From: Acanthopagrus schlegelii
Lineage: Eukaryota
Assembly: GCA_041753875.1 (NCBI GenBank)
Contig: CM085492.1
Location: 12,191,563 to 12,255,562 of the forward strand
Direction: 5' to 3'
DNA length: 64,000 nucleotides
The notes below the pieces were generated by a model. That model made no database searches, was not told where the DNA came from, and saw only the letters and a list, made by a program, of their open reading frames with translations. The position numbers and the translations under genes were made by a program. Each line of letters opens with the position of its first letter. The first letter of the stretch is position 1. Below are positions 49,501 to 60,046 of the stretch, piece by piece.

Positions 49501-50599
49501 AACTATATTTCCACTGAGCAGTGTATGCAATACAGCAAACCACAAGAGAGTGGATTATTAGAATAAATATATTAATATCCAAAGACAGCATTCACTTGTC
49601 TGCAGCCTTTCAGCTCATTTATGAGAGCAGGCCATGAGGTCGGTGCGGTGCTACTGAAACAGCGAGCTAACACTCATCACCCGAGCGGGAATAACCGCAA
49701 CAAACGGCGACACGCAGTTTAATAAACACATCCACTGCGACATAAACAACACAATCTGATACACCATGGGAATACATACCTTAATGACAGCAGCACACAT
49801 GCTAGTGTTGGCGCTCCGCCGAGGGACGACCGACCGCCTTCACCGCAACAAGGAAGAGAGGCTGTTTAATGAGGCTGAGGCTCAATTTATGTCTTTATCA
49901 AAACCACGTGCTGTCCGCCCCCCCGTCACCAAACACAGCTTCCGGCTCCGGAGGAACAGCCCACAACACGGCATGTTCTTCAATATCAAAACATGGTTTA
50001 AAAGCATACTAACAGCTTCTCTTTAATGCGCCAGTAGTGTTTAATATATCTGAAGTAAAATGTTAAACTGAACTGTATCAACAGACGTACAGACGTCATT
50101 CATCCAGCAGCTTCGAGCGCTGAGCGTAGAAACGTCATTTCAGACTAATACAAAATAAAAATTACATAAAGATGATATTCAACAAAAATCGAGAACACAT
50201 TGAAAGGCCACACAGGCTGTTTAAAAATAAGAGGGCTCTCTTTTTTAAAAACTACATCGATAGGCTATTTCTGTCATTCATTTCTTATTCTAAAAATTCA
50301 ACCTCATACCTATTATACCGTATAATTTAAGACTTTTTCAATTTGTATGGGTCACTTTTACTTTTGCTCAAGTAATACTTAATTTCACTGTTAACTCAAG
50401 TGTGACTTCTTGGTTGCTTTACAAACACTGATGAAAGCAGGATTTATGGAAGGGCTCTTGTGTTAGGCTGCATTTCTTTTAGCAGTTGCTGCAAAAATGT
50501 TACAATCAAATCCAGATTCTTGTACAGTAGGCCTGGGAACCAGAGTATCTTTGAGCCAATTATGTGTTGTTTAGCATTTGGAAAAATAATTCAATGTGA

Positions 50600-50933
50600 A
50601 AGTTGATTTTAAAAATCCCGCTTTCGTCCAACAGTAATGCGTCGACAGAACACACCAACGAGCATTTTCGGCATTTCACTTTTAAATATGTCGGGGACGA
50701 CGGGGAGTAGTTTTCTACGGTTTTCGTTAATTATGGAAGGAGACGGAGCTGTTCGACGAAACAGCTGCAAACTACAGACCACCGTCAAAGCACGGACACT
50801 ACGGAAGCTCCGTTGGTCCAGAAACGCCAGAACCAACTCACTCAGCTCTCAGTGCGGTACAGTCACAAGGAAACTGTGCAACCTGCCGCGACGTCCCGTT
50901 CTTTAACTTAACATTGGACGGCAACTGAACTGG
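50600..50933 (+). promoter_or_regulatory. sdr39u1: CpG-rich putative SDR39U1 promoter / 5' UTR
   Basis: CpG density far above the AT-rich flanks; directly upstream of the SDR39U1 ATG. Confidence 0.35.
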
Positions 50934-50955
50934 ATGACCATGAGAGTTTTAATAG
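50934..50955 (+). CDS. sdr39u1: SDR39U1 exon 1 (MTMRVLIG; the ATG may alternatively be at 50940)
   Basis: Matches human MRVLVGGGTGF; donor aatag|gtacgt. Confidence 0.7.
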
Positions 50956-51868
50956 GTACGTACGTTTGTTCAGAATTACATCTTTTCATCGCTCGGAAAG
51001 GTCAATGACATAACGTTAGCAGCTAGCTGTTAGCTAATGTTAGTAGTGCAGGCTGGACTTCAGTGTGTATCAGTATGTTACGTGTGCGCTATGTTTGTAC
51101 AGAAAGTTGTAGTAAAGAGCGTCTTAGTTGTGTGATTTACTCTAGAAAGTGTCAGTGCGTTTTTATGGTTATTATCTAGGACTACGTTTGCAAATATAAT
51201 GCATAGGGTCCTGTTTTGTAAGCATGCAAAGTACGCATGCGCATTGTACTTGCGCTTCCACAGTGACAATTGCAGTCTATGCTGACTGCCTGCGTTCAGT
51301 GAACTGTTTGCATATGTCAAGATGTAGCACATTCAGTATTATATTTTAGCGAATTTAGGTCAAATACAACGTAGATAGTTTTTTTCCCTTTCATCCACAC
51401 TTTAATGGAACTCAGTAAAAGTTCTGAAATCACAGTGTAGAAATGCTCTATTCCAAGTTAAAGACGTGCGTTAATTTTTGACTTCATTTTTACTTTTTAC
51501 TTAAAGACAGTTTTCAGAAACCTGTATTGAAGTCAAGGTTTTGGTATCAGTATCAGTACCGGTATTGGATTTAGTTTTGTACACTCAGCCACATCCTTGG
51601 GATCAAGTTTTATCTTAACCTAGAATCTTACGTCACATTTTTTTTTTTTGGATTTATTATATTTTGTATTTTTGTACTAATTCTGCAGTATAAGTGAAGT
51701 TGAATGCAATGAAGTTAAAGGTACAATATTTTCTCCTGAATTGTAGTGGAGTACCTCCAACTTCAAACGATGTTTGAATCAGTGTAGTTAGTTAAATTTC
51801 CACTCTTTATAACGGATTTCTTTTGGGTCTTCTGTTTGCATTTTTTTTCTATATTGTTTTCCTTGCAG

Positions 51869-51975
51869 GAGGGGGATCTGGCTTTGTGGGCCGTGAGCTG
51901 ACTCGCCAGCTCAGACAAAAAGGTCATGAGGTGACAGTGATATCCCGACAGCCTGGTCCAGGGAAGATAACATGG
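51869..51975 (+). CDS. sdr39u1: SDR39U1 exon 2 (GGSGFVGRELTRQLRQKGHEVTVISRQPGPGKITW; Rossmann GxxGxxG)
   Basis: Matches GGTGFIGTALTQLLNARGHEVTLVSRKPGPGRITW. Confidence 0.9.
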
Positions 51976-52127
51976 GTATGATGTCAGGTTAATTTGTAGT
52001 CAAAAGGAAGGTCATTTTTCATCTTGGGGAACTCCTAATTCGTCACAGTGATTTTTTATCTCAGATGTTTGCGCTGCATGTCCGCTGTACTCAAAACTCC
52101 TGTACTTTTTATCCTGTTATTCTGCAG

Positions 52128-52210
52128 GGTGAGTTGGAGTCTAGTGGCCTTCCACAGTGTGATGGTGCTGTCAACTTAGCTGGCGAGAATCTGATGAACC
52201 CGCTACGATG
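52128..52210 (+). CDS. sdr39u1: SDR39U1 exon 3 (GELESSGLPQCDGAVNLAGENLMNPLR)
   Basis: Matches DELAASGLPSCDAAVNLAGENILNPLRR. Confidence 0.9.
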
Positions 52211-52576
52211 GTGAGTATCAAGTAGTGGTCTGGGTTTAAGGTTTTGTATTACCCTGAAAACCCCATCCAACATGTTTTGGATGCACTGGAATACTTACTA
52301 CAAGCCAGGCCTCATCACTCAACATCAGTAGCTGACTTCGTTCAATCTTTTGGCTGAATGGAAGCAAATAACTGGAGCAAAGTTATGAGTTACTCTGGTG
52401 GAAAGGCTTTCCAGAAGTAAAGCAGCATCATCATGTCTAATCATGTCTACAGTGCATTTCACCTCTTCAATCAGCCCAAAAGGAAATTAACAGGAACCTA
52501 ATTGTGCAATTTCTGTACAAAATGAATGCTGCTGTAGGTACTTCTCCACCTGATCTGTTTTCATTTTTGATTTCAG

Positions 52577-52698
52577 GTGGAATGAAAGTTACAAAAAGGA
52601 TTTGTTCTCCAGCCGAATTGACACTACAAAATCCCTGGCTCAAGCTATTGCTGCTTCCCCCAGTCCTCCTCGCTCCTGGGTCCTGGTCTCAGGCGTAG
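52577..52698 (+). CDS. sdr39u1: SDR39U1 exon 4 (WWNESYKKDLFSSRIDTTKSLAQAIAASPSPPRSWVLVSGV)
   Basis: Matches WNETFQKEVIGSRLETTQLLAKAITKAPQPPKAWVLVTGV. Confidence 0.85.
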
Positions 52699-53117
52699 GT
52701 AAGTCTCTGCCAAATAATAAACCTTGACATTGCTGTTAGCGGCAAGCCGGTCTACACAAACTCAAAGATAATATAGACACAGAGGGGTGGTGATAACCTT
52801 TGATAATCTGTTCAATGGGACTCTCATTTTTCTGTGATGGAATCAGTGGAACACATACTTTGCTTCAATAATTAACTTATTATAGGTCTTCTGCAGGGTC
52901 AAAAATATATGTACAGCAATTTGAATGATCAATTTAGGTGATTATAGATAGTTAATCAAATTTGCTTTGCTTAATATATCCATGTTAACTGTTGAGATCA
53001 AATCTGTAATTGTTTAAATCGGATTGAAGAAACATTGTCCTTGTAACAAAAGCTGCTGATATTTATTGCTGATATTTATTGCTGTATATTTTTCTCACTT
53101 CACTTTGTGACCCTCAG

Positions 53118-53270
53118 CTTGTTACAAGCCCAGCCTGACTGCTCAGTACACAGAAGACAGTGAGTGGACACCATTTGACCTCCTTTCCAAACTTGTGAAA
53201 GAGTGGGAGGCTTCTGCACTTCTTCCTGAAAATGTGGCAAAAACCACTAAACAAGTTGTCATCAGGCCTG
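53118..53270 (+). CDS. sdr39u1: SDR39U1 exon 5 (ACYKPSLTAQYTEDSEWTPFDLLSKLVKEWEASALLPENVAKTTKQVVIRPG)
   Basis: Matches AYYQPSLTAEYDEDSPGGDFDFFSNLVTKWEAAARLPGDSTRQVVVRSG. Confidence 0.9.
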
Positions 53271-53472
53271 GTATGTGAAAAGTGTTTTTTATTTCACTTT
53301 AAGTTACGCCAGCAAACCCTGGCAGTTTAACACCCAGCAAACATATATTTAATGAATAATCCTGAGTTTATTTTCACTGGATGGAGCTCTTTTTTTTCAC
53401 TATTTGAGTCCAAGTTATAACTGGAACTGCTAATCATCCAATCCTCCCTCCCTCCCTCCCTCCTTCCACCAG

Positions 53473-53906
53473 GGGCAGTATTGGGCCGCGATGGTGGTGC
53501 CATGAAGCAAATGCTGCTCCCCTTCTGGCTCGGCCTCGGGGGCACCTTGGGGTCGGGACGTCAGCCATTTCCCTGGATCCATGTCTCAGACCTGGCAGGA
53601 ATCATCGCCCACGCTCTGGAGCCCCCCGCTGACACCGACACTCCCTCCCCTTCACCGCAGGTGTTCAACGGAGTCGCACCCGCGCTGAACACCAACTACG
53701 AGTTCACTAAAGAACTTGGCCGTGTCATGAGGAGACCCACCATTTTTCCTGTGCCTGGCTTCGTCATGAACGGCCTAATGGGCTCTGAGAGGGCCATCGT
53801 CCTCACGCAGGGCCAAAAAGTCATACCAAAGAGGACTCAAGAGGCTGGATTTCAGTATGAATACCCAGACTTGAACTCGGCACTGAAAGAGATTGTTGGC
53901 AGTTAA
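53473..53906 (+). CDS. sdr39u1: SDR39U1 exon 6 (GAVLGRDGGAMKQMLLPFWLGLGGTLGSGRQPFPWIHVSDLAGIIAHALE … GQKVIPKRTQEAGFQYEYPDLNSALKEIVGS*)
   Basis: ORF 53481..53906; strong match to the human SDR39U1 C-terminal half ([45 protein letters not shown]…QKVIPQRTLATGYQYSFPELGAALKEIVA). Confidence 0.95.
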
Positions 53907-55453
53907 CTGTTTTTGATCTAATGTGTGCTGACATTTCTGTAATTGTGTCTTCATATTTACTGTATAACAAGAATGGAAACAAATATGACAACTCATATCA
54001 ATACTTGAACAAGAAATCAGGATGCAAAAAGATATTCTGTAGATCTGAGGACTGTTCAGGAAGTGCTTTTCACATCACAGAAGATGAGTTTATGAATCAA
54101 GTTTTAAAACTTGCAGATTTTGGAGAGTTTGTTCACACTGTTATTGAAGTAGATCTGAGACATTATGGACATGCACACAGGTGATATGGAATCCATGCGC
54201 ACATTAAGGGCATGTTGGGATCATCTCATTGTTCCAGCTGGGTTGCTCAGCATTACAATCTTGTCAGAGAGACAAACGTCAAAGAAATGAGATGAAGTTT
54301 TGAAATCCTGCAGCAGCAGTCCGTCTCTCCAGCTGTACCGAAGACCACAGATGACCTAATTAATTTTCCTGTTCTGTAGCCACGATTATTTGACAAGTTG
54401 ATAAAGCATAAATGTCAAAACATCATCTGGTTCCAGCTACCTAAATCTGAGGATTAGCTGCTTTTTGTTGTCATTTATGACTGTGAGTGTTTTGGACTGT
54501 TGGTTGGACAAAAGAAACAATTTGAAGATGTAATTTTGAGCTCTGACAAATAGTGATGAACATTTCCTCACATTTTCTTTTGACAATTTATAGACATGAA
54601 CTATGAATTGATCAATTTTGAAAATAATGCGCAGATTAATGGATGAACATGTTAATTGCAGCCCTGTTCAGCTGAATTTTTTTTTCTCATCATACACATA
54701 AAGGACTTCAATGCTGGGTTTGAACTGCAGTGTGTTTAATCTGGGCAGGCTGCAACTAACTATTGTTTTCAAAATAGATTTATCAGATGATTATTTTATT
54801 GTTTAATTGTTAAGTCTATAAAACATCAGAGAACAGTAATGTAGTAGGCAAAGGCGATGACATCAAATGTCTTTTTTAAGGAATTCTGTCATTCATTTTA
54901 AGAATCATCAAATATATGGTACTTGGTACTTGAAAGTGACTTTATTTTCTCTCAATCCACTAATCAATTAATCAGTGAATCATTGCAGCTCTTCTGGTCA
55001 CAAGATGAAAAAGGTCTGACAGCAACTTTATGGGTCTTCATGCTGGGAGTGTTAGCCAAGTTTGTTGCACTTTCATGCTTTTGTTTTTCTTTTTCTTTTT
55101 TACATTCAGCCATTATTATACTCGCTGATGGAAGGATGTGGTAACTGCTCAAAGATGGTTGGTGCTTTTGGACTTGATTCTTTCAGTAATTACGTGATAC
55201 TCAAGTGCTGAAACACGAAGGTGGAAATCACATTACTGTCCATGGTTATAACAATAAATGGATAATGATTTGTTGAAAGTGGTACACAATAAAGCTGGGT
55301 AAAGTACTTTTTATTGAAGTGAGTCAATATTTTAACAGTTCCAGTAAGGAAACAAAAAGCTTCTGTTGAAGCCGATGAGTCCTTCGACGGCAGTTTTTCG
55401 TTATTTCAGAAGTCTGAAGAATGAGTCTCTTTGCTCTGTTTTTCGCTGAATCG

Positions 55454-55556
55454 TCACTCTGAATCAGTCTGGATGTTATCATCGACATCATCGACTTCTG
55501 GAATTATTGGCACTTGATCTCCCCAGTCGCTGCTCCGAGCACAGCGGTAGATATCT
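55454..55556 (-). CDS. mettl17: METTL17 terminal exon (RDIYRCARSSDWGDQVPIIPEVDDVDDNIQTDSE*)
   Basis: Matches [21 protein letters not shown]; stop TGA at 55454-55456. Confidence 0.8.
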
Positions 55557-55705
55557 CTGATCGAAGGAAATTAAACAACTTTCAGTCAAATTAAGTAAAA
55601 ATATATGTACAAAAGATATGTAATCAAATCCAAGCTTGGAATCCCAATTAAAAGTGGCAAACTGATGTCACTGCGGCCTGGCTCTGTGTGACGCAGGACC
55701 TTTAC

Positions 55706-55902
55706 CTGCTGTGCTTTCGTGCCGTCACCACCAGGTGTTGCAGTTGTCCGTCTGGGCAGCACATTCGACAGTGGACGTGTCTTGTTCTGCGCTGCACAGG
55801 TGCGATCAGCCTGGCCCAGTTCACGTCCTCCGTTTCTGCCTCTGCTGGCCCTGTCCGGGTCAGAATCAGGTAGCTGAAACTCTCTACCGCCTGATCACTG
55901 TT
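55706..55902 (-). CDS. mettl17: METTL17 exon 13 (NSDQAVESFSYLILTRTGPAEAETEDVNWARLIAPVQRRTRHVHCRMCCPDGQLQHLVVTARKHS)
   Basis: Matches [53 protein letters not shown]; phase-0 acceptor caatttcag|. Confidence 0.85.
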
Positions 55903-56460
55903 CTGAAATTGAAAAAAAAGAAACGAGTGAGTGAAATCTAAAGTATTGGAGTAAGTACTTGGAAATAGTGAGTTTTACACAGGAACGTCAGTTTAAGTGT
56001 TGGTACCAAAGCTGTGCAAACAAACACAGTAGCTCCACCTACAGATGCTTTACACCAATGCCTTCAAAGTCTGATGCTGGGGACGCCCGCTCAAAAACCA
56101 TTGATAGTGCATAAACAAAACTATTCGGAGGAAAACCATGCCCTTCCAACATTAGGTTGTATTGTGTGATGCTGCAACCAGCAACCTGAGCCCTGGCAAC
56201 TGGTTACATTTTGGGAAATGGCGGATTTTGAAATCTGTCGAATTAGCTTTAGCGGTGTGGCCATGGAAGTGCAGACAACTTTGACTGGATGACTCCGTAA
56301 GGTGTAAATAACAATGTAAAAATCTCTAAAACGATACATGTATGTTTGTCTGTGTGTTCAAATTAGACTGAGTTATGAATAAAATCTTCATTGTTTGTAT
56401 ACTTGTATAACTTGCTATACTATGCTTGAAACACAGAGTTAGTCCAGACTTTGAGCTCAC

Positions 56461-56553
56461 CCCGGGCTGTGGCAGAGGTTGGTACAGCTGCCGGAAGTTG
56501 CAAGGGGTGACGTGTTCAACGGCCAGTTTAGGACACATCGCTTCATGAGGACA
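56461..56553 (-). CDS. mettl17: METTL17 exon 12 (CPHEAMCPKLAVEHVTPCNFRQLYQPLPQPG)
   Basis: Matches [25 protein letters not shown] (Cys cluster). Confidence 0.85.
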
Positions 56554-56645
56554 CTGGAAGAACAAAACAGGAGAGAGGATTGTGTAGACTGTGACACTGC
56601 TGGCTGAACGCATGACAATTTTGACCAGCTGGGATTTAAACATAC

Positions 56646-56696
56646 TGGAGCAAACACGGACGCTGCTCTGGTGTCATGAAGGGTCTGCTCCTGTTT
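56646..56696 (-). CDS. mettl17: METTL17 exon 11 (KQEQTLHDTRAASVFAP)
   Basis: Matches KGKEKSPLDPRPGFVFAP. Confidence 0.8.
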
Positions 56697-56805
56697 CTGA
56701 GAAAAGAAGACAGGAAGTCATCAGTCTGCTTCCATTAATTAACAAATCAAATAATTCACACAACAGCACCCAAGGGGAATTTTGATGCACTATCTTTAAA
56801 CATAC

Positions 56806-56874
56806 CGTTAATAAAGTGTCTCTGGCCTCCATAAGCATCTGATGGCCCTCTTTGGTCCCGTTTTCCACCAGAAC
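56806..56874 (-). CDS. mettl17: METTL17 exon 10 ([23 protein letters not shown])
   Basis: Matches [22 protein letters not shown]. Confidence 0.9.
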
Positions 56875-57333
56875 CTAAGCCGAGAAATAGAGAAAACACA
56901 ATTAGATGTCATTAAATGTAACATGACTTCTAAGTGCCAGCAAAGACAAATTGCAATTAATACACAAATTGTCTCTAGTTACGTCTTACTTAAAGTTCAC
57001 ACACAGGAAATCAACAGTTGATCAACTTTTGTCTGATGTTTTCCCAAAAATATTTAAACATAAAATTATGGTTATGTCATTTTAGGACCAATGATAGCCA
57101 GTCATATAATGATAAAAATAAATGACAATGAAAGTACACCCTTTTAAAGATAACTGTAAAAATGATTTGAATGGTTGTTCGTTGGAAGACCGTTAGTTGG
57201 CAATCATTTCTGTTATTTTTCAAGCAAAAATATCAATAGATAACAAGGTGATAAGATAAGATCTGTAAGATGATAAAGTTATTATCATGACAGGTCTATC
57301 AACAGTCAAAGTTTTGTCATTATTCAAACCAAC

Positions 57334-57441
57334 CAGATACGAGCTTGTCTTTCTCCACAGAGTGAGCACGACGTCTTCTCGCTCCTTCGCACTGGGAAGC
57401 TCTGAGAGGGTGAAGGCCGTGACCACCAAGTCAAACTGCAC
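57334..57441 (-). CDS. mettl17: METTL17 exon 9 ([36 protein letters not shown])
   Basis: Matches [36 protein letters not shown]. Confidence 0.9.
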
Positions 57442-57791
57442 CTGTGAGGAGAGACACAGGACAGACGAGGCTACTTATCTTAGAGGTGTGTGGGAATAAA
57501 TACAATTAAGAAATCCATGAATACAAAATAATCCAAACTCAGATAATAATCCCTTTTCACCACAGCTGTATGAGGGGCAGTGGAACATCAACTATTTATG
57601 CACCACGATGCGATAGTTGAATAAAAAAATACTCTTTTGACATCTGACTTTTTTGTTGCATAAAAAGGCAAAAATATAAGTTTGAATCCTATATTTAGAA
57701 GTCATGATCAAAGACTAGAATTACTTTAACTTCTAACTGTGAATACAGAATGTGTTTTTCTGCTGCTAAAATGAAATTAAGGGGGTTTTAC

Positions 57792-57862
57792 CTTTGGAGA
57801 GACGGGGAGGAACTGTCTGAAATAGACATGTTTGATGTGAGGTTCAGCCTGCTCATCATCAC
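57792..57862 (-). CDS. mettl17: METTL17 exon 8 ([24 protein letters not shown])
   Basis: Matches [25 protein letters not shown]. Confidence 0.9.
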
Positions 57863-57957
57863 CTGCTCAAGAGACAAAAACAAACAATATTTGGATTTTC
57901 TGATCACGTATATGAAAAAAATCCCAAAGAAACTGTGAGAAATGTTTGAGTGAGCAC

Positions 57958-58052
57958 CTTTGAGAAGTCGCTCTGCGAGAATGTTCATTGGCCCAGAGCT
58001 GTCCACACACACCATCTCCTTTAAAGTGTCGCCCCAGTACGAGTGTGACGCC
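57958..58052 (-). CDS. mettl17: METTL17 exon 7 (ASHSYWGDTLKEMVCVDSSGPMNILAERLLK)
   Basis: Matches [30 protein letters not shown]. Confidence 0.9.
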
Positions 58053-58135
58053 CTGTGGGAGAAAAACTCAAATCATAGTCTCGTAATTTACATGAAAACT
58101 CTCTTTATGTTTCACAAGTGTTTTTTTACACTCAC

Positions 58136-58209
58136 CAGACAACTGTTCCCAGCCCTGAACCAAAGTCCAGGAGAGAGTGTGGAGCAAAAGAGGGATCCCT
58201 CTTCTTTAT
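58136..58209 (-). CDS. mettl17: METTL17 exon 6 (IKKRDPSFAPHSLLDFGSGLGTVVW; SAM-binding GxGxG motif)
   Basis: Matches [25 protein letters not shown]. Confidence 0.9.
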
Positions 58210-58408
58210 CTGAAATGATAACATTGTTTTTTTTAAAAGCCATCTGGGACAGAAAAGAAGAAGTCGGACCCACCACCACATTCAGGACTCCTCAGTGATA
58301 AACATATTTCTTTTGTAATTTCCCTTACTTTACTAGAATCATATTCAAGAATAAGTACATGTTTTTTTGAGATATCAAAGGCTATGATCTCCACCACTTG
58401 TTCTTTAC

Positions 58409-58490
58409 CTCATTCATAGCTCTCCTCACTGCTGCATAGCATCCAGCCATCCGAGCCGCCATGTACACCACACCTAACTCTTCATCGTAC
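58409..58490 (-). CDS. mettl17: METTL17 exon 5 (KYDEELGVVYMAARMAGCYAAVRRAMNE)
   Basis: Matches [28 protein letters not shown]. Confidence 0.9.
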
Positions 58491-58732
58491 CTGAAACACA
58501 AATAGTGAGCTGTAAACAAACTCAGCCATGTCTCACTGTCAAGCAGGAAGAAATCAGCAGTTACGAGCTTCAACATGTAGCTACACATAGACACAATGAA
58601 AACAATGAGTTGCCATTTACCATACGGCTATAAAAAAAAGGCATAAAACATTCAATGTATCTCGTCGGACGTTGGGTAAAAAAAAAGCTCTTTATTTTAA
58701 CTATTAGAAAGTAGTTAACTTAATGAGATTAC

Positions 58733-58820
58733 TTCATGGGAGTCCAGTGATATGTGGATTTTCTCAGCTCTGAAAACACTCTTGCCCTGATGCGGTCCGC
58801 CAGTGCTTGTTCATCTACAT
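58733..58820 (-). CDS. mettl17: METTL17 exon 4 (DVDEQALADRIRARVFSELRKSTYHWTPM)
   Basis: Matches the LRGAVLHALRKTTYHWQEL region. Confidence 0.75.
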
Positions 58821-58928
58821 CTGCAATAAGAAGAAGAAGCACATTTACTTCTCTCCAGCTGCTTCATAACATAATCTCCTCGCAGTCACTGCTCAGCCAC
58901 CCTACTTTTTGATTTGTGTGTCACCCAC

Positions 58929-59078
58929 CTCCTCTCTTCTCCATCGCTTTCTCCCAGAGCTGCCTCTCCAGGCTCACGGCTTTCTTCCTCAGAGTCGGAC
59001 TGTCGACTGCTCGTTTTCTGCTCCACAGGAAGTTTGTGAGGCTTTGAGCGCGTTCAGTTAACCGATTCACCTGAGCTC
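58929..59078 (-). CDS. mettl17: METTL17 exon 3 (GAQVNRLTERAQSLTNFLWSRKRAVDSPTLRKKAVSLERQLWEKAMEKRG)
   Basis: Matches [36 protein letters not shown]. Confidence 0.85.
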
Positions 59079-59174
59079 CTACAGATGTAGATATTGAAAA
59101 ATTGCTCTGCATTCTTACTGATTTCAGGACCACTGATGATACCAACTGACTGCCACATTACAAACTTAACCCAC

Positions 59175-59316
59175 CACGAATAATCGACCTGGCAGCCATC
59201 TGGAGTTCTTCAGGTAGGCGCAGAGTTTTCAGGTTGGTCACACCTGGGTGCTTCCTGTGTATTTGTCCTTTAAGGAAATCTACCTGGGGCTGTGGGTGTG
59301 CAGCTTCGCTCACTCC
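59175..59316 (-). CDS. mettl17: METTL17 exon 2 (GVSEAAHPQPQVDFLKGQIHRKHPGVTNLKTLRLPEELQMAARSIIR)
   Basis: Matches [26 protein letters not shown]. Confidence 0.8.
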
Positions 59317-59977
59317 CTGAGGATGAATTATAAAACAAATATCTATTTAAGCTGTAGTATTTAAGTCACCAGTAACCCACCCCCACCTGCTCTAAGAATA
59401 AAGAAAATATGCACATGTCTTTGCCATGAAAATGTAATTATCACGCCAAAATATATTTCATTGAGACAGGGTCTTTTACAGTTCATCAAAAAACTTCACA
59501 GATAATTGTTTGTTTACTAAAACCAAACAGTTTTCATATTGGCCGATATCAAAAACATATACACTGATACTGATATATATCTGTGATGGGCCAATAATGA
59601 AGAATGAAAGAATATATTATATTATATATTACCCACCTTTACAGTCACAAACTATAAAGACCATAAACCAGAAAACCAGAAGAAGTGCTTCAGAAGCACT
59701 GGTACATAACTTAAAACATATACATATTTCCCAAAATGTTACACTGAGCAGAGAATAGGCAAATGCCTTCAAATAGGAGGAGACTGGTGTTATTTCTCAC
59801 ATTTCTTCTAATGTGATGGATAAATTAATATGAATATTAATGTTATCATATATGAATAAACTCCGCTGTAATCTGAGCTAAACTGTAGTCTATTGATCTC
59901 TGTGCTGTTACAAAAGCTTGTCTGTCTGACCTCCACGGTGAAGATGCTGCGTTCAATGACACTTAAACTGCACTCAC

Positions 59978-60046
59978 CCTGTAGATCATCCTCACGACAG
60001 ACAACTTCTGACAGAGGACACAAGCGCCATAGCTCCGTAAGGCCAT
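59978..60046 (-). CDS. mettl17: METTL17 exon 1 (MALRSYGACVLCQKLSVVRMIYR), ATG 60044-60046
   Basis: Resembles the human METTL17 mitochondrial-presequence-like N-terminus MAAALKCLLTLGRW; donor TACAGG|gtgagt. Confidence 0.7.

Noticed and set aside
46700-49780. Search for CIDEB-like (CIDE-N/CIDE-C) exons on the minus strand downstream of the LTB4R-like gene, as expected from human gene order
   Set aside because: No convincing CIDE motifs found by eye in any frame; the region is AT-rich with only spurious ORFs (for example 49256..49591).
56121-56339. Minus-strand ORF (…TSMATPLKLIRQISKSAISQNVTSCQGSGCWLQHHTIQPNVGRAWFSSE*) initially taken as the penultimate METTL17 exon
   Set aside because: No acceptor gives the required phase 0 after exon 12. 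A much better, phase-correct exon with RHVHCRMCCPDGQLQHLVVTARKHS lies at 55706-55902, followed by a terminal exon at 55454-55556.
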